11,144 nucleotides of DNA from an uncultured Deinococcales bacterium (lineage in GTDB: Bacteria > Deinococcota > Deinococci > Deinococcales > JAAFIG01), in contig CAXTTL010000161.1 of NCBI GenBank assembly GCA_964247135.1, positions 1 to 11,144 of the forward strand, in the 5' to 3' direction. A program made the translations under genes and the position numbers. The notes below the pieces were generated by a model. It was not told the origin of the DNA and did no database searches. It saw only the letters and a list, made by a program, of their open reading frames with translations. Shown here one piece after another: positions 1-7,221 of this stretch (the stretch's first letter is position 1; each line of letters begins with the position of its first letter).

Positions 1-2
1 CG

Positions 3-1055
3 TACCCAATGGAAGCGGTCTGGTTGGACAATTCAAGCCTAATTTGCGGTTACACCTTTGGTGGTTCGGGCGGCATTGCCAAGGTCACGCTGAAAGGCAA
101 AACCGAAATTTTGCACCTCGAGCCTGACACCAACATCAATTCTTTTGCCGCCGCAAACGGCAACATCGCCTTCATCCGTGAGGCGCACGACGAACTCGGT
201 GAGGTTTACCTCGAGACCAGCGAAGACATTAAACAACTCACCAATATCTCCGACAATGCGCTGCCGGAATCGATCTCGAGCGGCTTGGAATATATCAAAC
301 TCGAGCGTGACGGTTTTGTGGTCGAGGGTTGGCTGCTCAAACCCGTCGGTTTCTCGAGCGGCAAGAAATATCCTGTGGTGCTCTCGGTTCACGGCGGTCC
401 CGCCACAGCGTATGGTCACGGTTATTTTCACGAATTTCAATTGCTGGCAAGCCAAGGTTATGCGGTGTTGTACGGAAACATTCGTGGCAGCGTCGGTTAT
501 GGTGAAACCCAAACCGCAGCCACAAACGGCAGTTATGGCTTGGGTGATTACGACGATCTGATGGCACTTTTCGACACCGCCCTCGAGCGTTTCCCATACC
601 TCGACCCCGCTCGAGCCGCCGTGATCGGTGGCAGTTACGGCGGGTTCATGACCAACTGGGTGATCTCTCACACCGACCGATTTAAAGCCGCCATCACCGA
701 CCGTTGCATCTGTAATTTCTTGTCTTTTTACGGCACCTCCGACATCGGTTACCGTTTTACCCCCAGAGAATTGCGCGGCGTCGTCCCCGATGACCTCGAG
801 CATTTGTGGGAAGTTTCACCGCTCAAGCATGTCAAAAACGTTAAAACACCGTGTTTGATTATTCATTCCGAAGCCGACCACCGTTGCCCCATCGAACAGG
901 GCGAGCAGTGGTTTAATGCTTTAAAGCGGTTGAATGTTCCAACCCGATTTGTCAGGTTCCCCGATGAGGGTCACGAACTCTCGAGGAGCGGCAGACCCGA
1001 CCGGCGCGTTCGACGTTTGAGCGAAATGCTCGAGTGGTTTGAAAAACACTTGTAA
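3..1055 (+). CDS. S9 family (prolyl oligopeptidase/acylaminoacyl peptidase-like) serine peptidase, probably 5'-truncated by the window
   Basis: Motifs YPVVLSVHGGP, GSVGYG, nucleophile elbow GGSYGG, catalytic Asp (EADHRC) and His (EGHELSRSG). The frame is open from the window edge, and most of the usual beta-propeller is absent. Confidence 0.92.
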   Translation, partial: YPMEAVWLDNSSLICGYTFGGSGGIAKVTLKGKTEILHLEPDTNINSFAAANGNIAFIREAHDELGEVYLETSEDIKQLTNISDNALPESISSGLEYIKLERDGFVVEGWLLKPVGFSSGKKYPVVLSVHGGPATAYGHGYFHEFQLLASQGYAVLYGNIRGSVGYGETQTAATNGSYGLGDYDDLMALFDTALERFPYLDPARAAVIGGSYGGFMTNWVISHTDRFKAAITDRCICNFLSFYGTSDIGYRFTPRELRGVVPDDLEHLWEVSPLKHVKNVKTPCLIIHSEADHRCPIEQGEQWFNALKRLNVPTRFVRFPDEGHELSRSGRPDRRVRRLSEMLEWFEKHL

Positions 1056-1128
1056 GCGTGTGCCGCAAAATCATCTCGTTCAATTGGGAGTCCGTCGTGC
1101 ATAATCTTTATAAAGTCTCGAGTGTTCA

Positions 1129-2037
1129 ATGAAGCTTGAAGTCAGTCCAGAACTAAAATCCAACCAATCAGAAAACATGGCGTATGTATCGGCACTCACG
1201 GCGGTTACGTTCTGGGGCGTCAACGTCGTGCTGCTCAAATTTTTGACCGGTGTTTTGCCACTGGCGGCGCTGAACGGTGTGCGGCTTGGCGTCGCCGCCG
1301 CGATTTTGTTATTCATTACCGGTGTGGTACGGCGTAAAACCAGTTTTTTTCCCAAACTTGAGGCTCGAGAATGGTTGATTATTGCCCTCGTCGGCGTCAT
1401 GGGTACAAGTGCTTATCAGTTCTTGTTCTCGAGTGGTATCAGGCTCTCGAGCGCCAGCTTTTCCGCACTGGTCAGCAGTACCAGCCCAATTTGGGTGGCA
1501 TTGATTGGCGTGTTTTTTAAGGTCAGGCTTTCACCAAATCAGATTCTTGGCAGTGGCGTTGCCATTCTTGGCGTGGTGCTGCTGACCTTTGAAAATTTAA
1601 ACTTGGGCGTCAATTTTCTGGGCGTGTTGTTGCTGCTCGGCTCACAAATTGTCTGGGCAATTTACACCCTGGCATCAAAACCCCTCATGACCCGCCTCGA
1701 GCCACTCGAGTTCACAGGTTTTACCTTCGCCCTCGGTTCGTTGCCGTATCTTCTTTACTGCCTGCCCGTGTTTTTTACACCAGAAATCAAGAATGTTGCC
1801 GCGCCCTACTGGATTGGTGCGGCGCTCTCGGCAGTTCTTGCCCAGGTGATCGGGTTTATCGGTTGGTTCACGGGCGCAAAAACTTTGGGTGCGGCTCGAG
1901 TTGCGGTCATGCTCAACATCACCCCAGTGGTGGGCGTGTTGCTTGCCGCACTGGTCTTACACGAACCCTTAACCTTGCTCGAGGGTGTTGCCGCACTGGT
2001 GATTTTTTTCGGTGTGTACTTGGCAAACAGGAAGTAA
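1129..2037 (+). CDS. EamA/DMT family transporter (alternative start ATG 1177)
   Basis: About 10 hydrophobic segments with a duplicated EamA pattern (FWGVNVV..K, GVRL, STSPIW, WAIYT..SKP, NITPV...LHEPL). Confidence 0.88.
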   Translation: MKLEVSPELKSNQSENMAYVSALTAVTFWGVNVVLLKFLTGVLPLAALNGVRLGVAAAILLFITGVVRRKTSFFPKLEAREWLIIALVGVMGTSAYQFLFSSGIRLSSASFSALVSSTSPIWVALIGVFFKVRLSPNQILGSGVAILGVVLLTFENLNLGVNFLGVLLLLGSQIVWAIYTLASKPLMTRLEPLEFTGFTFALGSLPYLLYCLPVFFTPEIKNVAAPYWIGAALSAVLAQVIGFIGWFTGAKTLGAARVAVMLNITPVVGVLLAALVLHEPLTLLEGVAALVIFFGVYLANRK

Positions 2038-2039
2038 TT

Positions 2040-2813
2040 TCAAGCGTATTGGGCTGCGGTTTTGACGGCAACCAAAATGGCATTTTGAATCGCTTGGTCT
2101 TTCTTCTCGAGGATGATGCTTTCATTGTCTTGGCGCTGGGCGACCACGGCGCAAACGCAAGCCGCCCTAAAACCGTAAACGTCCCCCATTTTAAACAGCG
2201 TGCCAGATTCCATCTCGAAATTGAGCACGTTTAAATTCATGTACTCGAGAATCATGCCCTGATTGACGCGCATCAAATGCGGGTTTGCGCCGCCAGAACG
2301 TTCTTGCCCCTCGTAAAACGTGTCCACGCTGGCGGTGATGCCGACATGATGCTCAACATTTAAATCCCTGGCGGTATTGGCAAGTGCCACGGTGACAAAC
2401 GGATCGGCGGAACTTGGATACTCGAGCGGCGCAATGTCGTTGGCAGCGCCTTGCCTGCACAGTGCCGCTTTGGAGATCACGATGCTGCCTGCCTTCACAT
2501 GGTCTTGAATGCTGCCGCAGGTGCCAACCCGAATAATAGTTTGAATGCCAACCTGGATCAATTCATTCACCACAATGCTTAAACTTGGAGCGCCCATGCC
2601 AGAGGTTGCCGAGAGCATTCGTTTGCCGTTCTCGAGCGTGCCCACATACGAGAACAACCCGCGATGCTCCGAAAGCGTGGTGACATCGTGCAAATAGGTG
2701 TTGGCAATCAGTTTGGCGCGGTCTGGATCGCCCGAAAGCAACGCGACGGTTGGCGGGTTTGGCTCGAGGTCGGCGCGTCCAAAACCAACGTGATACAAAC
2801 GGTCTGAGGTCAT
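2040..2813 (-). CDS. udp: Uridine phosphorylase (PNP/UDP nucleoside phosphorylase family)
   Basis: Motifs LYHVG, GDPDRA, SGMGAPS, RVGTCG, DTFYEGQER and NFEMES resemble Udp. Start moved from 2831 to ATG 2813 because TATAGT lies exactly 6 nt upstream of it. Confidence 0.82.
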   Translation of the reverse strand: MTSDRLYHVGFGRADLEPNPPTVALLSGDPDRAKLIANTYLHDVTTLSEHRGLFSYVGTLENGKRMLSATSGMGAPSLSIVVNELIQVGIQTIIRVGTCGSIQDHVKAGSIVISKAALCRQGAANDIAPLEYPSSADPFVTVALANTARDLNVEHHVGITASVDTFYEGQERSGGANPHLMRVNQGMILEYMNLNVLNFEMESGTLFKMGDVYGFRAACVCAVVAQRQDNESIILEKKDQAIQNAILVAVKTAAQYA

Positions 2814-2825
2814 GAAATTACTATA
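2814..2825 (-). promoter_or_regulatory. -10 box (TATAGT) of a putative leaderless udp transcript
   Basis: Minus strand reads TATAGT-aatttc-ATG. No Shine-Dalgarno and no convincing -35. Confidence 0.55.
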
Positions 2826-2840
2826 AGCCATTCAACCAAC

Positions 2841-2869
2841 TTGCGTCTCGAGCCTGAGCTTCGTATACT
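2841..2869 (+). promoter_or_regulatory. Sigma70-type promoter for the metG leader
   Basis: TTGCGT (2841-2846), 17-nt spacer, TATACT (2864-2869), then 6 nt to ATG 2876. Confidence 0.72.
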
Positions 2870-2875
2870 TGAGAC

Positions 2876-2923
2876 ATGAACAAGGTCGTGATCACATGGC
2901 GAATGCGAGGAATCATCCGGTAA
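2876..2923 (+). CDS. Putative leaderless leader peptide MNKVVITWRMRGIIR upstream of metG
   Basis: ATG at the predicted +1, 15 codons, internal Met at codon 10. The stop codon overlaps the 5' arm of a predicted antiterminator. Confidence 0.55.
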   Translation: MNKVVITWRMRGIIR

Positions 2924-2947
2924 CTTGAGTTTTTCTCGAGAGACCGG
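2917..2947 (+). promoter_or_regulatory. Putative antiterminator hairpin
   Basis: CCGGT-aa-CTTGAG-ttttt-CTCGAG-ag-ACCGG. Its 3' arm uses 2945-2947, which the terminator stem also needs. Confidence 0.5.
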
Positions 2948-2971
2948 GGCTTTGGTTTGCCCCGTTTTTTT
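2945..2971 (+). terminator. Intrinsic terminator (attenuator) in the metG leader
   Basis: CGGGGC-tttggttt-GCCCCG followed by T7, lying between the promoter and metG. Confidence 0.78.
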
Positions 2972-2996
2972 ATGGAAATTTGCAAAATAATTACGT

Positions 2997-3021
2997 CGTA
3001 GGGGCGCTGCTTGCTGCGCCC
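2997..3021 (+). repeat. GTAG-type REP-like palindrome, copy 1 (metG leader)
   Basis: CGTAGGGGCGCTGCTTGCTGCGCCC: GTAG followed by the stem GGGCGC/GCGCCC. Identical to 4669-4693. Confidence 0.75.
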
Positions 3022-3085
3022 TTCCCGAGAAACGAAATTTTCGAGTCAACGAAAAACAATTTCTCGAGATTCTGGAGCGTGTTTT

Positions 3086-5092
3086 ATGGAAGAAAAAGTG
3101 TTTTACCTCACCACCGCGATTGATTACGCCAACGCCAACCCGCACATTGGGCATGTCTACGAAAAGATTGTTTCTGATGTGATCGTGCGGGTTCACAGGT
3201 TGCTCGGTTATCGCACGCGCTTTTCGACGGGCACGGACGAGCACGGCGAGAAGATTTACAAAGCGGCGAAAGCGAACCATGAAACGCCGCAAGAATTTGT
3301 GGATCGAATCGTACCAAGCGGCTTTCAGGCGTTGTATGACCGTTTGAACATCTCATACGACCGTTTTATTCGCACCACCGAAGCTGGGCACAAGGCATTC
3401 GTGCAAGTGATGCTGCAAAAAACCCATGACGCGGGCGATATTTACCTGGCGGAGTACGAGGGATTGTACTCGGTCGGTGCGGAACGGTACGTGACCGACA
3501 AAGAACTGGTGAACGGCATCCTGCCAGGGGACAAGGACCCGCCCGAGTTGCGCCGCGAGCAAAATTATTTTTTCAAAATGGAAAAATACCGCCCGTGGTT
3601 GCTCGAGCATCTGGCACAAAACCCAGACTTTATTCAACCCGCCCAATGGCGGAACGAACTGCTCGAGATGCTGCGCGAACCGATTGGGGATTTGAGCATT
3701 TCCAGACCGCTCGAGCGGCTGCCTTGGGGCATTCCGATTCCTTGGGACGATGGTCACGTGGTTTATGTTTGGTACGACGCGCTGATCAATTATTTGTCGC
3801 AACTTTACACGGACGGTTTGACGCCAGAGGATTCAGAAGTGTTTTGGAAACACGCTTGGCACGTGATCGGCAAGGATATTTTGCGTCCCCACGCGATTTT
3901 TTGGACGACCATGCTGAAAGCCGCCAATTACCCAATGTACGAGCGCCTCAACATTCACGGGCATATTCTCGCGCCTGACGGTCAAAAAATGGGCAAAAGC
4001 TTGGGCAATGCCATCAATCCGCTCGAGTTGCTCGAGAAGTACGGCATTGATGCGGTGCGTTACGCCTTGGTGCGCGACACAACTTACGGTCCCGATAGTG
4101 CTTTTGGCGAGAACGATTTGATCTCGAGGCTCAATTCTGACCTGGCAAACGATCTTGGGAATTTGCTCTCGCGGGTGCTCAGCATGGTGCAAAAATACCG
4201 TGATGGTGTCGTGCCAGCGCCCTCAGATTATTCCGAACGCGAACTGGGCATCAAAGCCGCCGCCGAAGCCTTGCCCGCCAAATTGCTCGAGGAAACCCGT
4301 GATTTACGGCTTCATTTGGCTATCGAAGCCGTGCTCGAGTTTGTGCGCGATTTAAATCGTTTTGTTGCTGAGTCCAAACCTTGGGAACTTGCACGCAATC
4401 TTGATAGCTCGAGTCGTCTCGATACCGTTCTGTACACGCTGCTCGAAGGAATTCGGTTTGCTTCACTGTTGCTCGAGCCTGTGATTCCCACAAAAGCCCT
4501 CGAGATTCGGGCGCAACTTGGGCTTGACGCTGTTGATGCGACGGGCGTAAACGGAACTCGAGACGGAGTGAATGCACTTGTTTGGGGTGCGACACCTTCT
4601 GGAATCAGCATCAAACCTGGTGGAATTCTGTTCCCGAAAATTGAACTCGAGAAATCCGAACCATCCAACGTAGGGGCGCTGCTTGCTGCGCCCAACGCAG
4701 CAACACAACCCAAACCTCAAAAGGAGAAACCAGCCGTGATTGACCCCGCCAAAGAAACCTCGAGCGAATTTATTACCATTGACGAATTTATGAAAGTTGA
4801 TCTGCGCATTGCCGAAGTCGTGGCTTGCGAAAAACTCGAGAAATCCGACAAACTTCTGAAATTCACGCTCAAACTTGGTGAGGAAACCCGCACGGTGCTT
4901 TCAGGCATTGCCGCCTGGTACGACCCAGCAACCTTGGTGGGGCGGCGCGTGGTGTTGGTGGCAAACCTCGCGCCTCGGGTGATGCGCGGTGTCGAATCTC
5001 AGGGCATGATTCTTTCTGCCGAGGATGAACATGGCAATGTCGTGCTGTTGACACCTGAGAAACTGGTGAATGGCGGCGCTCGAGTTCGTTAA
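3086..5092 (+). CDS. metG: Methionine--tRNA ligase with C-terminal tRNA-binding (Trbp111/CsaA-like OB-fold) domain
   Basis: FYLTTAIDYAN..PHIGH (HIGH), GTDEHG, YVWYDAL, IGKDI, KMGKS (KMSKS variant), NDLGNL and C-terminal DLRIAEV...ESQGM. GGAG Shine-Dalgarno precedes ATG 3086; the track's TTG 3011 start is unlikely. Confidence 0.97.
   Translation: MEEKVFYLTTAIDYANANPHIGHVYEKIVSDVIVRVHRLLGYRTRFSTGTDEHGEKIYKAAKANHETPQEFVDRIVPSGFQALYDRLNISYDRFIRTTEAGHKAFVQVMLQKTHDAGDIYLAEYEGLYSVGAERYVTDKELVNGILPGDKDPPELRREQNYFFKMEKYRPWLLEHLAQNPDFIQPAQWRNELLEMLREPIGDLSISRPLERLPWGIPIPWDDGHVVYVWYDALINYLSQLYTDGLTPEDSEVFWKHAWHVIGKDILRPHAIFWTTMLKAANYPMYERLNIHGHILAPDGQKMGKSLGNAINPLELLEKYGIDAVRYALVRDTTYGPDSAFGENDLISRLNSDLANDLGNLLSRVLSMVQKYRDGVVPAPSDYSERELGIKAAAEALPAKLLEETRDLRLHLAIEAVLEFVRDLNRFVAESKPWELARNLDSSSRLDTVLYTLLEGIRFASLLLEPVIPTKALEIRAQLGLDAVDATGVNGTRDGVNALVWGATPSGISIKPGGILFPKIELEKSEPSNVGALLAAPNAATQPKPQKEKPAVIDPAKETSSEFITIDEFMKVDLRIAEVVACEKLEKSDKLLKFTLKLGEETRTVLSGIAAWYDPATLVGRRVVLVANLAPRVMRGVESQGMILSAEDEHGNVVLLTPEKLVNGGARVR
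4669..4693 (+). repeat. GTAG-type REP-like palindrome, copy 2 (in-frame in the metG linker, encodes VGALLAAP)
   Basis: 25/25 identity to 2997-3021. Confidence 0.75.
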
Positions 5093-5126
5093 GACTCGAG
5101 CACGCTTTTCATTTTAGTTTGGTGTT

Positions 5127-5150
5127 CGATTTCTCTCGAGATCGCTTTTT
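5127..5150 (+). terminator. Weak candidate terminator after metG
   Basis: CGATTTC-tctc-GAGATCG (one G:U pair) followed by cTTTTT. Confidence 0.3.
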
Positions 5151-5291
5151 GGCATAGATTGAGATTTCATTAATTTTGCCGAAAAACGCGCTCCAGGGCG
5201 ATGATTATATTGCTCCAAACATCCAAAGTAATCCGTCAAAAAAGACCTCGGGACGCATAAATCTCATGTAATGAAAATTCTGTTGTAACAT

Positions 5292-7142
5292 GTGAAAACG
5301 ATGCAACGCGTTCAGCAAAAACTTGGACTTGACATTCTTTTATGGGTTTGTGCGGCGGTGGTTGCGTTTTTTATGCGAATTGACTTGCCGTTCCTCAGTT
5401 CAAAGCGCATTATTTTTTGGTTTGTCCTGCTGACGGCGCCCATTAAAATTGGTTTGGTCATTTTGTTTCAGTTGCACCGACAAAGTTGGCACCGTGTCGG
5501 CGTCCGTGACCTGTACCAACTTGGGTGGGCAATTGGTCTGTACACCGTGCCACTGTATTTGCTTAATTTTACCCTGGTCCAGATCACGCACATTCCGCGC
5601 AGCATTCCACTGATTGAGGGGGGCGTGGCGCTGCTTGCCCTTGGCGGGGTGCGTTTGATGACTCGGGTGTACTTTGAACGCGAAGATGCGAGAAGTTTTA
5701 CCGGTCGCAGCTCGAGTCGGGTTTTAATTGTTGGCGCAGGCGAGGCTGGCATCATGATTGCCAGGGAGATGTTGCGTCATCCTTCATCTGGGCTTGAACC
5801 CATCGGTTTTCTGGATGACGAACCCGCCAAAGCCAATCTTCGTTACATGGGTTTGCCAGTTTTGGGTGTAATTGACGCCCTGCCGCGCCTTGCCGCCAAA
5901 GCGAGCGCCGACCAAATTTTAATTGCGCTGCCAAGCGTTGCGGGTCGCGTGATTCGCCGCGTGGTAGACTTGGCACAAGAGTCAAACCTCAAGTACCGCA
6001 TCATTCCTGGCGTGTTTGAAATCCTCTCTGGCAAAGTTGGCATCAGCCAAATTCGTGACGTTGACCTGGAGGATTTGCTGCGCCGCGAACCCGTCAAACT
6101 GCATCTCGAGGACATTTCGGGCTATCTCGAGCAACGCACGGTCTTGATTACGGGTGCGGGCGGTTCAATCGGTTCAGAAATTGTGCGTCAGGTGGCACGT
6201 TTTCAACCGACTCGGGTGGTGCTGTTTGGGCGCGGTGAAAACAGCGTGTTTTTGATGGCTCAAGAATTGCGGCGCATGTGGCCCGAACTCGAGTATCACA
6301 ACCTGATCGGTGATGTGCGCGACAAGGGCAAGCTTGAGGAGGTGTTCTTACGATTTGCGCCGCAAGTGGTGTTTCATGCCGCAGCGCACAAGCACGTGGG
6401 GCTGATGGAACAAAACCCTGACGAAGCCGTGTTTAACAACGTCAAAGGTACCAAAAACCTGGTCGAACTCGCGCTCGAGTTCCATGTCGAGCGCTTTGTC
6501 AACATTTCCACCGATAAAGCGGTCAATCCCACATCAATCATGGGGGCAAGCAAACGCATCGCCGAGTACGTGGTCGAATGGGCGGCAGCCAGAGCTATGC
6601 CAGGACAGGTTTTTGTCAGCGTCCGTTTTGGCAATGTGCTCGGCTCGAGGGGCAGTGTGGTGCCGCTTTTTAAAGAGCAAATCAAGGCGGGCGGACCGGT
6701 TTTGGTGACGCATCCGGACATGACCCGGTACTTTATGACCATTCCAGAGGCGGCGCAATTGGTCTTGCAGGCGGGTGGTTTGGGAACCAACGGCGCGGTC
6801 TACGTGCTTGACATGGGCGAACCGGTCAAGATTTTGGACCTTGCCAAAGACGTGATTCGACTTTCGGGATTTGAGGCTGGGACGGACATCGACATTGTTT
6901 TTACGGGTGCGCAACCTGGGGAAAAACTTTTTGAAGAGTTGCTCACCCACGAGGAGGGAACAACCTCATCAAAATACGCCAAAATCTTTTCGGCAAAAAA
7001 GGCGGGAATGCCAGAATCCGACCTCGAGCTTGGTCTAGACGAATTGTTTCATGCGGCACAACTCCGCGATGCCGATTTGATTCGGGCGACCTTCAAAAAA
7101 TTGATTCCAAGTTTTGGGGTTTTTGCCGCAAATCGAAACTGA
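5292..7142 (+). CDS. CapD/PglF/WbpM-type membrane-anchored nucleoside-diphosphate sugar 4,6-dehydratase (alternative start ATG 5301)
   Basis: Four N-terminal TM segments, LIVGAGEAG domain, EDLLRREPV, TGAGGSIGSE, FHAAAHKHV, STDKAVNP, MGASK, RFGNVLGSRGSV, RYFMTIPEA. Confidence 0.93.
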   Translation: MKTMQRVQQKLGLDILLWVCAAVVAFFMRIDLPFLSSKRIIFWFVLLTAPIKIGLVILFQLHRQSWHRVGVRDLYQLGWAIGLYTVPLYLLNFTLVQITHIPRSIPLIEGGVALLALGGVRLMTRVYFEREDARSFTGRSSSRVLIVGAGEAGIMIAREMLRHPSSGLEPIGFLDDEPAKANLRYMGLPVLGVIDALPRLAAKASADQILIALPSVAGRVIRRVVDLAQESNLKYRIIPGVFEILSGKVGISQIRDVDLEDLLRREPVKLHLEDISGYLEQRTVLITGAGGSIGSEIVRQVARFQPTRVVLFGRGENSVFLMAQELRRMWPELEYHNLIGDVRDKGKLEEVFLRFAPQVVFHAAAHKHVGLMEQNPDEAVFNNVKGTKNLVELALEFHVERFVNISTDKAVNPTSIMGASKRIAEYVVEWAAARAMPGQVFVSVRFGNVLGSRGSVVPLFKEQIKAGGPVLVTHPDMTRYFMTIPEAAQLVLQAGGLGTNGAVYVLDMGEPVKILDLAKDVIRLSGFEAGTDIDIVFTGAQPGEKLFEELLTHEEGTTSSKYAKIFSAKKAGMPESDLELGLDELFHAAQLRDADLIRATFKKLIPSFGVFAANRN

Positions 7143-7186
7143 GACTTTGGGCTAAACGCCAGGCTCGAGAGGACTATGTTTCTTGA

Positions 7187-7215
7187 TTGAGCCTGACCCT
7201 CAAACCAAGTACCAT
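7187..7215 (+). promoter_or_regulatory. Sigma70-type promoter for a leaderless hisC-hisB transcript
   Basis: TTGAGC (7187-7192), 17-nt spacer, TACCAT (7210-7215), then 6 nt to the in-frame ATG 7222. Confidence 0.65.
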
Positions 7216-7221
7216 GTTTGC

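Noticed and set aside
2896-2928. Alternative small ORF MANARNHPVT in the metG leader
   Set aside because: No Shine-Dalgarno, not at the predicted +1, and no internal Met codon.
2870-3085. T-box or SAM-I riboswitch upstream of metG
   Set aside because: No T-box consensus (GGTGGnACC) or SAM-I core is visible, and only about 70 nt separate the predicted TSS from the terminator.
3011-3085. 25-aa N-terminal extension of MetRS from TTG 3011
   Set aside because: The TTG lies within the REP loop and has no Shine-Dalgarno. ATG 3086 has GGAG and matches the usual MetRS N-terminus.
5160-5278. Inverted matches TGAGATTT/AAATCTCA and TTTCATTA/TAATGAAA in the metG-dehydratase spacer as MITE ends or an operator
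   Set aside because: Only 8-bp AT-rich matches, in permuted order, with no target-site duplication.
7167-7190. GAGAGGA followed by the mini-ORF MFLD* before hisC
   Set aside because: Only four codons with no His codons or attenuator hairpins. It overlaps the predicted -35 and is likely chance.
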